64,000 bases of DNA from Lytechinus pictus. Its lineage: Eukaryota. The translations under genes and the position numbers were made by a program. How positions within the stretch are numbered: position 1 is the first letter of the stretch; every line of letters starts with the position of its first letter. The DNA lies in assembly GCF_037042905.1 (NCBI RefSeq), contig NC_087259.1:30566001-30630000 (forward strand). Reading direction: 5' to 3'. Below are positions 23,497 to 36,200 of this stretch, piece by piece. The notes under the pieces were generated by a model. The model had not been told where the DNA came from. It did no database searches and saw only the letters and a list, made by a program, of their open reading frames with translations.

Positions 23497-25011
23497 ATGG
23501 CTAACTCTTTCTCCATCCTGTTGTCATACATTGACAACCTTCTATGGGGTTGCACACAAATATTCTATGGGATTGTGTTCATCATCAATTTCAACTACCA
23601 GCTTGTGACGAGTCTATATAGATGCATCATTCAACTATGGGCACTGTTAATACAAACTGTGCTGTATACTGCCAAAGCTTTTGTGTTCAGCATTGAGTTC
23701 CTTGCCGAGTTACCGGTCTGGAGTTACCACATGGGAAAGTACCTGATTGATCTAGTCCAGAACCTGATGAGCAATGCAATTCAAGGTTGTATGTCATGGT
23801 CCTGGGAAGCTCTTGTGTACACTGGGGAGTTGCTGGGAAACATCGTTAAGAATCTACTGTTAGCATTCATGAGTGTTTGGACTCAGTTTTTAAATCTAGT
23901 CGTCTTCCAGTTTACCCTGTTTGCTGAACTTTTCACTTCACTGATTGGATCTACCTACAGTCATATGAAAGAAGCTAAAGGAAACACTGTACAGCTCATG
24001 CACAGTGTTGGAAGTGATACCAGAGAATTTGTGCACGGTGTCTGCAGCCTAATCTATGAGTTCTTCATCACTGGAGTAGCCTACCCTATTTCATTTGTAA
24101 ATGCTTGCACCCAAAATATGATTGATGGACTGTATATCTTTATGAGCATGTTGAAGGCTATAGAAGATTTTGTTATTGGAATTTTTGAAGTAGTGATCGA
24201 GTTATTGTATTCAAGCATCAGCATCATTATGAATGTTTTTTATGATATCGTGAACGCTTTCAAAGAAATATCCACATTCTTTATCAATGCGATAGACTAT
24301 GTTGGCCAAGCTTTGATTGACTGTTTTGATAGTGCTGCGGAAGGATACTCGTCACTTAATTTGTTTGTTGGAAAGAATTGGGGCGCCCTCTTGGCTCTAG
24401 CTCTCTGTGTAACCCTGGTGTGGGTTACTATCAATATGAACGGACAACACGAGAGAAATATCCAACACATCATCCAGGATCTCACTCGGCTAGTGAATAA
24501 CTTCACAACTTCTAGATCACGCAATGTCAACAGAGAACCCTTGAGACCTGAAGGTCATCTTCACCAGGATGTCCTTCCTGAAGATCAGCAGCAAGGTGAC
24601 CTTGATGTTCTTAATGAAGGAGAAGAGAATGGAGATGATGGCATGGACCAGGATGTACCAGCAGGTGAAGTAGGAGGTGTAGGAGACCAGCCTGGTCCAA
24701 GCCGATCGACCCACCACACACCATACTCATTTCGATCACGACCATTCACACCGTCAGGTGAGCCCGCTGAAGGAAGTGGCTCGGTTGAATATCTTGTGAG
24801 TAAACTTAAGAACAGATTAAGCGAGGAACAGGAAAGACAAGCATGTGTGGTATGTCTGGATGCAGTAAAGAATACACTCTTCATGCCATGTCGTCACCTG
24901 TGTGTCTGCGTACCCTGTGCAGACAGGATAGTCAGTAATGATGACATATATATGCGGATCTGTCCTCTATGTAGATCTAGGATTGGATCGATTGTTGAGG
25001 TTTATAGTTGA
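23497..25011 (+). CDS. RNF26: Multi-pass membrane C3HC4-type RING E3 ubiquitin ligase, RNF26-like, 504 aa, single main coding exon
   Basis: Long hydrophobic N-terminal half, acidic/disordered linker, and C-terminal RING CVVC..PCRHLCVCVPCA..CPLCR ending IVEVYS; ATG in AAGATGG context; this architecture matches RNF26. Confidence 0.8.
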   Translation: MANSFSILLSYIDNLLWGCTQIFYGIVFIINFNYQLVTSLYRCIIQLWALLIQTVLYTAKAFVFSIEFLAELPVWSYHMGKYLIDLVQNLMSNAIQGCMSWSWEALVYTGELLGNIVKNLLLAFMSVWTQFLNLVVFQFTLFAELFTSLIGSTYSHMKEAKGNTVQLMHSVGSDTREFVHGVCSLIYEFFITGVAYPISFVNACTQNMIDGLYIFMSMLKAIEDFVIGIFEVVIELLYSSISIIMNVFYDIVNAFKEISTFFINAIDYVGQALIDCFDSAAEGYSSLNLFVGKNWGALLALALCVTLVWVTINMNGQHERNIQHIIQDLTRLVNNFTTSRSRNVNREPLRPEGHLHQDVLPEDQQQGDLDVLNEGEENGDDGMDQDVPAGEVGGVGDQPGPSRSTHHTPYSFRSRPFTPSGEPAEGSGSVEYLVSKLKNRLSEEQERQACVVCLDAVKNTLFMPCRHLCVCVPCADRIVSNDDIYMRICPLCRSRIGSIVEVYS

Positions 25012-28000
25012 ATAAAAAAGACATCTTGCAAGGTCATTTAAAATGAGCTTCCTTGCTGCTAATTATTTGTGTGATGATCATTCAAAATGATCTTTCATTG
25101 CAAGAATTTTTAGGTAAACCAAAGCAGCTTTAAATTAGGTCTACATGAATATGTTTCTTGCTTAATGATACCAAATATATGAAAGTCTTAATAGGTATAT
25201 GGACAATTGTACTGTCATCCTACATGTACATAATGATAACAGTAGAGGGAATGGTTGAAATCAATGTTCATGTTCCCTGATTCAAGTTTACATTGTGTAT
25301 GGAGCCACACAAAGTTCCCTAGTCTGAGCAGGAATCCCTTGAGGTGCTGTGCATTATTGACAGTGACTTTTCTTGCATTCTCCATTTTTTAATTCTATGA
25401 TGAGGATTTGAAATGAAAGGACTCCCACTGATGTCATTTGTAGAGACATTTCAATTTGCATGTTCACTAGTGGACGACTATGTAAGAATGTCATAATAGT
25501 CTGTTTTGTGTTCATGGCATACAAACAAAGTTGAGCGAAGCAACACACTGAGCATACCCAAAAAGTCCACTGATGTTGCCTGACATATCAATTATTTGTG
25601 ACATCAACAGGGATCCCCTAGATAACAGGAAGTGGACAGTGTACTGGCAAATGCTGTGTATTGCCACCAGCTAAAGCAAACTCTTTGCACTCACCTAGCA
25701 AATCAAAAAGTTCTATGCTTAGAAGTTGGAACAAAAGCTTGAGTCTCTGTACCATCGGTTGTTCCGCTAAACTATGTTAGGTATACTTTCGTAGTATACA
25801 TGTAAGTGTCTGGAGTATTGAAATGGTAGTCAAATGTCAGAAATTTTTAATCCCCAGAAAAGACTTTGATTCCTGTCTGTTACAAGCTGTGTTCTAGTAA
25901 CTATGGACTGTGCAACATAGTCATTTATTGTTAATTCATTCCTATGTGTATTTCCATTCTGAATCTTCAGTACTTTGATTTTATTTCTAAGCTTGCCAAT
26001 GCCAAATGTGGAAATTTTTTGTTTTGTTTCTTGTGTTTACAAGTTCTAGTAAGTGAATTGCTCTATTTGACTATCATTCTAATTTTTAAATCTTACAAAA
26101 GTGTATATAGTATGTGGAGTGGACTTTAATATTGTCATTAACTGATTTCTTGTGAAATTTTGAAGTTGACCATTCAGGCCTCAAATTTCTATGTTTTTAG
26201 GGCAAGGCCAATTTTCAAAAGGGCACATTTGTATTTCACATCAATGTAGGAAAATAGAAAAAAGGGGACAAAATACATCAATTGGCCAGCAAAATAGGCA
26301 TTGTGGCCAACAATGCCCATCCAAGGTCATTGCCTGAGATTAATTTAAGGTAGGTTTTAAGCCATGACCATTATTGTGATATAGCACCCTCTAATGTTAT
26401 TATTAAAAAAACAGGTATTCCAAACTCTTTTCTTGGTAAAACATTTGTGTACATTGCATATTGTATATATATGAACATTTATATTGAAATGTCCCCTTGC
26501 ATGCTTGAAAGTGTTTTTATCAAAAAATTAAGAAAATAGCAAATTATTAGGGTCCATTATTTTTGTTTATTTTTTCATTCAATTGTAGCAGTTAGACTGT
26601 ATGTTTCAAACAAAAACATACATGTGTTTATATGAGATAGTTGCTCATTTGATCTATGAATGAATTTGAAAATTAATAATCTGTACATGGTATACATACA
26701 CATGTAGATGATCCCTAGATACCAACATTTGATATACATGTATAATAAACTTTAAGAGGAAAAATATGCCATATAGGGCTGCTATACATACATTAAGTAC
26801 TAAATTAGGCCTACTGTTAACAGCACTAAATTCTTTGTGTTCATATTACAGACTGTACTATACTTCTAATCCATATATGATTTTCACAATTTACAACATC
26901 ATTTTTGGCAAGCAAATTGTTTTAAAAAGGCAGGTATATATTTTATTTTTATTTCATTTTCATCATTGTTGAATGTAATCATACCTGATTGTCATTTTAT
27001 TTAAGACATGTAAGATTTTTTGTTAAACTTTATTTGAAATTACATTTTTATCATTTGGAAATATCATGCTTGGTACATTTACCTGATTGTTAATCAAATC
27101 CACCAGAGATTTACATCATGTCATATTAATATAGTGTGTAAAAATATCATAATACATTGCAAGTTACCTCATAATTTTTAAAGATTGAAAATTGTCTGAT
27201 GCTACAAGGTACATGTATGACAACCCCCTTCCTATACCCCCCCCCCCCCATCCTGAGACCCACAACCTTTGTGTTCAAAGGTTTGTTTTAATAATTCACT
27301 GTCAATTTGGGGGATAATTTGGAAAGACGTTTTTTAAGTATGCTAGCTCATCTACGTATATGTAATGTGTGTAGTTTTTCTTTTTAATAGAGATTTTTAA
27401 AGTAAGATCTGTGTACTGGCACTGTAGAAATATGAATTATATTTGCCGGTTGAGAGTGAATTTCAATTGTGTAATTCAAACTGAATTGTGGCAGATGATT
27501 ATTCACTGTGCTATTTACATGCATTGCAGCTCAATTCTATTCATGGTAATTTATCATTTATACTCCAAGTTGTCTTGGTTTTTCCCCATGATTCTGTTGG
27601 ATGGAGAAGGAGATTTGACCTTAATTTACCTCCAAGTTGAATACTGAAATTGCAAACTTAAATGCTTATTTTTGTGACAATTGACTTTTGTACTACTATC
27701 AATCATTTTGTTAAAAAATTATCTTACATTGGAAGTTTATTTGTGGTTTCCCCATATCTGATTAATTGATGAGGAAAGTTATGAACCTACCAGTTGAATG
27801 TGAATTACAAGCTGTTTGTTTTATAACATCGAACTTTTGTATCACCTGCATTGTGTGTCATACTCAAAGAATTTGTGTAAATAAAAGAAATGATCTAATG
27901 CATGTGAAGGAAAATGATATTGTTGGTATTCTTCCTATTCAAATTAATCTTGAGTATGATTACATCCTATGGGGAAATTTGGTGAACTGAATTGAAATGC

Positions 28001-28449
28001 ATTTTCATTAGATTCCACAAATTTGCATATACCTACATGTAGAAAGGGTGATGATGTATATGTTTTTATTAATAATCATAACTTATGATGTGTATTCTTC
28101 TTTGCTTTTAAATCATTCATTGTGGTATGTGGGCTGAGATCATTATGTATGTGTACATAAGGCATGTAAACATTGTTATTCTGCTTAATAAAATATTTAC
28201 ATGTATACTTACTGTCACAATGTACTCTTGTACTTTGATTTTCTGATGATATACAATACCCAGACCTATGTTAATACTTTTAATGAGAGGTGAATGGTAA
28301 TTTCTGAAATATTAAATCTGTTTGAATTGTTCTTACTACATTTTGAGTAGTGTATTATTGATATCATGTATAACTCCTACCCTTAGCATGGTGTAAACTT
28401 GAATTTTGATGGGTGAGTCAGGGTGACCCCCACCCTGTTCATTTTTTAA

Positions 28450-29031
28450 AGGAGAATGAAACCCTTGAAACCAGCTGAATCCATATCAAAGAGAAAAATC
28501 AAAGAAACATATTGTTGAAAGTTTGAGGAAGATTGAATGAATAATAAGAAAGTTATGAGCATTTGAATATTGAGATCACTAATGCCATGTAGATCCTCCT
28601 ATTGGCAATGCGACCAAGATCTGTGATGTCACACACGTACAACTCCCTCATTACTTTAGTACTCATTTCACTTATATTCTAATTTTTATAGAGTCTATCA
28701 CAAGGTGAGGTGTTCTCTTTATGAGAGGACAAGTACAGAGGTTTCACAACATTATATCATTGATGAATCGTTTGTCATATGATTAGAATGAGCAAAAAGA
28801 TGTTTTGGGGTATATTTTCAGTGTCCAAAAGGGGAGAGTTGTTCATCTGTGACATCATAGATCTTGGTCGCATTGCCAATGGGATGATCTCCATAGCATT
28901 AGTGATCTCGACATTCAAATGCTCATAACTCTTCTATTGCTAGTCCTATTTTACTCAAACTTTTGTTGATCTTATTCTTTGATTTTTCTGCTTTCACAAA
29001 AGCTAACTTGCTCCAAGAGTTTCATTCTCCT
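28450..29031. mobile_element. Kolobok-like (TTAA) MITE
   Basis: TTAA|AGGAGAATGAAAC ... GTTTCATTCTCCT|TTAA with long imperfect inverted arms. Confidence 0.8.
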
Positions 29032-30218
29032 TTAAGCACATGTAGAAAGAAGAAGACTGAAGAAAATGAGAAGAAAAAGAAGGAGATGAAAGAATAGCAT
29101 GAAAAGAGAGGCACATGTATAGTTGTGTAACTCTATATTATCCTTGCAGTTCACTTGAGAAAGAATTAGGTCCCCTAGACTAGAGTCCTATCACCCGTAT
29201 CAAAATACATGTATATCGGCACTGCCCCTCAACTTATTTATGTGTTTTCACATGCTTTCTTTGTAAATGTTACACCTATATGCTTTCAGCCACTTTTTTC
29301 TTTGTTGCATGAGCACCCGGAAAATATGAGAAAAAGATACCCTAAACAGGATTTGGTGAAGGAAACTAAAATTGTAACCAGTGCCAATGTTTGAGGAAGA
29401 TGGATAGAGAAAAAACAGTCTGGAAGTGAGAATATTATAGCATTTTAAATTTAGTATACATGTAGGCCCTACATTCAATTCATTTTATTAAACCATTATA
29501 AAATATAGATCAATTGCATCCAAGCAAAATTGTTGTCAGTTTGACTGAGAATGAACACCAGGTCCTTTCATAAGGACTTGATTTTGCTATGGCTCCTAAG
29601 CAAGTTAACCGTAAAGATTGTTAGATATATTTGATGGCACAGAAAATTCTACCATTTGGTTCATTTCAAAGAACTGAATAATCTAAGATTTAAATATAGT
29701 GTTAATTCATATTTAATTAGCTTGATGTAAAACCTTGTACTTTTAATTTACTTATGGTTTTACATGTCAGTCATGGGCCACTTTTAATCATTTTATGATG
29801 GCAACATCAGGCCCAAAGAACAATCTAAAAAGAAAAAATTATGATGCATGAAGATCGTTTTCTGACAATTTTAGACGTGTATCCTGAGTCGGACTGGAAC
29901 TGTTGCGAATTTGCCTGAAAATTTTGATAAGCCAAAAAAAAAGGTCATTGCTCATTTTATAATTCTACATGCTACACATAAATTGTCTAAATTTACGCGG
30001 CACTCCCCCCCCCCCCCCTTATCCGCGCCTGAATCTAAAGACACCAAAGTACAAGAGTCATGATAAAGAACAAAAGAGCTTCTGTATCATGACGGAACCC
30101 CTTTCATTATCTGTGAAACCAGGGAATTGTGAACTATTTCAGATGAAACTCCATTCGCTGCACTACATCGCAGGCAGCTTCACTATAATTTTTAGCAGAC
30201 ACAACACAGATAGAAATT

Positions 30219-30229
30219 GGGGAATCCCC
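30219..30229. promoter_or_regulatory. Candidate NF-kB site GGGGAATCCCC
   Basis: Matches the p50-type kB consensus and lies 55 nt upstream of the ATG at 30284, in a CpG-rich segment. Confidence 0.4.
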
Positions 30230-30283
30230 GGATCCGGGCATGAAGATGCGCGCGCACTACCGTGCTTAGAAACCAAAATAAAG

Positions 30284-33200
30284 ATGGGCGGTTCGCAATC
30301 GCGTCTCGATCCTCGGATCCTCGACAGTAGCTCAAATTATTGGCCGGAGTTAGAGCTTGAGAAGCAAATTTCAGTTTTTACTTACGATGAGAATAAACCA
30401 GAAGTGAAGGTATGTATGTTTATACAATATTGCTTAGCTGTCATGGTGTATTTTTTTAGTGTAATTCGTCATGCCTAGCCCTAGCCTTCCCGTCCGCTTC
30501 ATCACTCATTCTCAGTCCCGAATACTCGAGACTGTGTGTGTGGGCCTGTCTTGATCTTGGGTGGTTGGCCTGGGCGCACTCACACTAATACGAGGTTCGT
30601 ATATATAGCCTTATAGTCCTACAGTCTATACGAACCTCGCACACCGGACCGTGTTTGACCGTAGATTTCGAAGTAGTCGGCAAACAGTGCTTCATTGCTG
30701 AAGTAATATTTGCCGAAACTCCTTCTCGCTACGCACCGGGGCTCTTTCCGGTAAGTAGCAATAGTAATACATAACAAAATTATACATACCGGGGGTATGA
30801 TATTTAATTTAACTCATTTCATTTAAAAAGAGCAAATTTCGCTTACCTCGGCCTAGCAAGTGACTTCGTTTGTCTCTTCTACGGAAATACAAGGAAGCCC
30901 GTTGGTGGCGCTAATAAATTTCACAACCTTGATTCAGCTCCTCGGTAATTTTATAACTGTGTCTAAATTCTTTGAATGCGCAATTCTTATGATTAATTTA
31001 CTAATTATGGGCACCAATAAATAAGATACCTTCAAAAACATAATTCAGGATTATTATTGGCGATGATAACACTTTTGTTGCAATTAATTTAAAACGATGA
31101 CTAATATAATTTTTTTTTTTTTAATACACATGCCTGGAACGAAACCAGCAGTACAAGCAGTATTAACGAACGTCACGGTATACCAAAGTCTATACAATGA
31201 AAAGATTGGACACTTCACGGACTTCGCGTAATGCCTTGCGTCGATTTGCGTGTAAAATAGTGTAGGTTTCTAATCTTTCCCTTGTCGTGTCTTTGATATG
31301 AATATAAATCGCGCGCCCTCTTTAGGCGAAAATTGATATCTACGCTGACCAAATTTTATCTCCGTGAAATCTTCACTAAAGATCAAGAAAATATACATAT
31401 TTTTAAGAAAAAACTTCAAGGAGAAGTCACGGAAGGATCTTCTTCTTCTTCCTGTAAAGTACAGACTGCCGTTGGCATATTATCGTACTTGTGCTTGTCA
31501 AGTGCCCAGATGAATAGTGCGAGTAAAAATCTCTACAAAACTATGTGCGGCTAAAAACAGAAGAGGCCTTAACGAAGCCTCCTTTGCTGCACCTCCTGCT
31601 TGAAAGATGCGAGGGAGGTGCTGTGAACTATCTTTGCTGGGAGTGAGTTCCATATTCTGATAGCATCAGGAAAGAATGTCTTTTGATATATTTGTGTTCT
31701 GGCATATGGAATTTGTAACTTATCAGGATTTCCACGTGTACATGGTCCAGTTGATGGAATGAAGTGGTCATCCGGGATGTCAATAAGCTTGTTGATGATG
31801 CAGTAGACCATGCTAGCTCGCTGTTGTGCCCTTCTTTCCTGAAGAGTAGCCCACTGGAGTTGCTTTAGCATATCTGATACACTGCTGGTACGTCGAAAGT
31901 CTCCTAAAGCAAAGCGGGCGTAACGGCGTTGTACCATTTCCAGTTTTGAGATGTTCCTCTGGGTAAATGGGTCCCACACCACAGCAGCATACTCCAGTAC
32001 TGGAAGGACAAATGCTTTGTAGCACAACACTTTCGTCTTGAGAGGACAGTCCCTGATATTTCTCTGCAGGAAGCTGCTGACTGAGTTGGCAGACTTAGTT
32101 GTTTTGTCTACATGGTGATTCCACTTAAGGTTTTCCTGGAAGTTTACACCAAGGTATTTTGCTTTATCAGTCTCCACCAGGGGTATTCCATGAATGCAAT
32201 ATGGTGTCGAACTCTTGATAACTACCCTCTTATTGGTAACATGCATAACTTGGCATTTTTGCGGGTGAAATTGCATGAGCCAGTCATCTTCCCATACTTG
32301 AAGAGCATCCAGGTCCCTCTGAAGCTGTTTAGTGTCCTCCTCTGTCTTGACCTTTCTGTACAAGATGCAATCATCAGCAAAGAGGCGCACCGTAGACTGT
32401 GATGATACATATTCGGGGAGGTCATTAATGAAGAGGATGAAGAGCAGAGGTCCGACCACGCTACCTTGCGGCACTCCTGAGAGAACGGGGGCTTCATGAG
32501 AAGTAACTCCTTCAATAAGAACCCTCTGGGAGCGGTTGCTGAGTAGATGTTCAATCCATGAGTGAATATTGCCTCTGACTCCATAATAGTTGACTTTGTA
32601 CATCAATCTACCATGGGGAACCTTGTCAAAGGCTTTAGACAAGTCCAGTAGAATCACATCATGCTGATCGCCATCATCAATACCCTGGGAAAGGTCCTGA
32701 ACAGCATGTAAGAGCTGAGATGTACAGGAGCGCTTCTTGCGAAAGCCATGCTGGGCGTCACATAAGATGTTATGGCTATCCAAGTGGTCAAGAATGCTAC
32801 TGCAGACAATGTGTTCCAGGGTCTTGCACATAATAGAGGTCAGCGAGATTGGCCTGTAGTTTTCTGCTCTGTTTCTCTCTCCCTTCTTGAAGACAGGAAC
32901 TACATTAGCTCTTTTCCAGTCATCCGGAATAATGCCTTGGTCAACAGATGCTTGAAAGAGAATAGTGAGGATAGGCGTGAGTTCTGTCGCAAGTTCCTTC
33001 AAAAGTCTTCCTTGCAAGCCGTCTGGACCTGTTGCTTTGTGTATCTGCAGTGTTGATAGCAGCTTGTACACTCCATCAGGACTAATGTTGATTTGTTCCA
33101 TGTCTGGATACGGGCTTTGTCCCTTGTCTTTGATGGTGGTCATGTTTTCATCCTTGTTGAAGACAGAAGTAAACTGATCATTCAAGATATGAGCCTTCCT

Positions 33201-36200
33201 CGTGCTGTCTGTAATAGTCCTTCCACTTTGAGCTTTCAGAGGTGCTACTCCAGTGTTATCATTCCTCTTGCTGTTAATAAAGCTCCAAAAGCGCTTGGGA
33301 TTTGAGGACAAGTCTGGATTTATCATGTGATTAATGTAATCACTGTATGCTTGTTTACATGCCACCTGTGAAGACTTTTTAAGTTTTTGATATTTATGGA
33401 AATCTTTCTGCTGCCCGGTACACCGTGCCCGTTTGAAGGCGCGTTTCTTCCTTCTGGAAAGCTGCTTGACTAAAGAATTGATCCATGGCTGATTAAACCG
33501 ACTGGAGGTCATCTTAGATGGTACATGCTTTTGTAGCAAGTCCTGCAAGAAGGTCTTGATTTCCTCCCACATGTTGATGACTGAACTCTTTTCGTCGTGC
33601 ATCTTTATGAAGCGCTGTTGGTACAAGCCACATTCTCTCTTCATTTCACTCAGGTTAGCATTCTTCCATATATGCATTAACCTCTTCACTGGTTTTCGCC
33701 TCTTAGCTGTTACATCTGTGTCAACACCAACAATATCATGGTCTCCGAGCCCTGGTAGTGGAGAGCATTTGTTGACCAGAGATGGTCGGTTAGTCAGAAA
33801 CAAGTCCAAAGTGCTCTGTAAACGTGTGGGAAAAGTCACCATCTGTTGAAGAGTGCAGTCATGAGTCATGTTTAACAATCTGTTGTTCATGCTGGCTGGG
33901 TAGTTATGACCGCTGACGCTGAGGTTCGTCCAATCAATATCTGGAAGATTCAGATCACCACCAATCCACAAAGCTGCTTTCTTGTTTTTGGATGCAACAT
34001 TCTCGACAGTAGAACAAAGATCATTGAGATAATTAATGTCGCTGTTTGGGGGACGATACAAAGCTCCAATTATCAGCTTGACGTTAGCCCCAAATGAGAG
34101 CTTCACAAAGACTTGTTCACCAGTCCCTGTAGTATCTATGATATCGTATATGAGATCATTCCTTATTGCCAGCAGAACTCCGCCTAATCTAAATGATTCG
34201 GTAAGTGTCATAGCAGAATGTGAAATACCAGATTATTGGTGATATTTTATGTGGGCAAAAGCCCACTATCTTTTTGACTTGTCGTGTGTGTCGCGTGCAT
34301 ATGACTGATATTCCTTCGCACGCGAGATGATATGAACCCATGGGTGGCCTGGGCGCGCGTTTCCGTTTTACACCCTGGCGAAGGCATTTTCCGGAAAAAT
34401 AGCCACAAAGCGACTAGTGAAGAGTCTACGTCTACGTTTGTTTACATAATCAGCTGGGTGCGCGATCCAAAAGTCCGCACCGAAGATATCCGCAAAACAT
34501 ACGTGCAAATGCAGCTGAGCTTATAGACCAAAAGATTCAGTCTCTGTATTTTGGTTGTTCCGCTGAACTATATATGTTGGCTGCGCGATTTTTTTTTTAC
34601 TTTATCGTACATGATCATTTATATGAATGAAAACGAAGAAAAGCTAAAATATTGAAAAATAAAACACATAATTACCTTTTTTCATATTATATCTATCCTT
34701 ATATCTATCATATCTGTCTATCCACTATCTATCTTATAAATCAATCTATGGAACTACATGATATATCTATCTGTTAATTTGTCTATCTACTCTGTCTCTC
34801 TCATTCTCTATCTACCTATCTATCTGTCTATCTATCTATCCATCTAACATCTATCTCTCAAATTCTCTATCTATCCATCTGTCTCTCTTTTATTTCTCTC
34901 TATCCATCTATTAATCTACTCATGTGCAATATCAACACTGCCTCGACTTCCTTCGGGAGTCTATTTCCTCAGCTCTACTTTTCCCTTTTTTGTGCTCGAT
35001 TCGATTCAATTACTACTTTATTTACTTGTTACCATTGTTAAATGTCTTGTATTGCATAATGAGTTTTTTTTCTGAAGGTTGCCTCCTATTCTCTTTCAAA
35101 TTCCCCCTCTTGCTTTCCCTTCTCTTTGTCTTATCCCAATTTCTTTCCCTTCTCTCACCTCTTTCTTCTTAATCTTTCATTCCGCTTTTTTCTTCTTTGG
35201 TGACACTTTGTATTACTTTTGGCCCTTTGTATTTATTTATGATACATTTCTTTTTCATCTGTATGAATTTGTATTGTATTTGATATTTATTTATAATGTT
35301 TACTTTATATTTTGTTATGATTCTATTTGTATGTAAACATTCACTTATTTCAGTCTTTGATCTCGAATTCTCTCTATCTATCCATCTGTCTGTCTTTTTC
35401 TCTCTATCCGTCTATATATCTATCTCTCAAATTATATCTATATAGATCTATCTATCTATCTATCTATCTATCTATGTAACTACAGTATCTATCTATCTGT
35501 TAATCTTCTCTGTCCCTCATTCTTTATCTATCTAACATCTATCTATCTCTCTCTCTATCTATCCATCTGTCTTTCTCTGGTTCTCTCTCTATCAATCTAT
35601 CTATCTTCTATCTATCTATATGTAACTGCAGTATCTATCTATCTGTTAATTTGTCGCTCTTCTCTGTCTCTCTCATTCTTTATCTATCTATCTATCTATC
35701 CATCTGTCTTGTTTTCTCTCTTTCTCTATTTCTCTTTTTCCATCCATATATATATCTATCTATCTATAACATCTCTCCCTNNNNNNNNNNNNNNNNNNNN
35801 NNNNNNNNNNNNNNNNNNNNNNNNNNNNNNNNNNNNNNNNNNNNNNNNNNNNNNNNNNNNNNNNNNNNNNNNNNNNNNNNNNNNNNNNNNNNNNNNNNNN
35901 NNNNNNNNNNNNNNNNNNNNNNNNNNNNNNNNNNNNNNNNNNNNNNNNNNNNNNNNNNNNNNNNNNNATCTATCTATCTGTTAATTTGTCTATCTTCTCT
36001 GTCTCTCTCATTCTTTATCTATCTATCTATCTATCTAACATCTACCTATCTCTCAAATTCTCTATCTCTCTCTCCCCCCTCTCTCTATCTATCTATCCAT
36101 CTGTCTGTCTTTCTCTATTTCTCTCTATCTATATATCTATCTATCTATGTAACTACAGTATCTATCTATCTGTTAATTTGCCCATCTTCTCTGTCTCTCT

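Noticed and set aside
29969-30283. 105-codon N-terminal extension of the 169-aa ORF
   Set aside because: It runs through a poly-C repeat end and promoter-like sequence with no recognisable domain. ATG 30284 has a good context and a myristoylation motif, and the ORF part after 30409 is intron.
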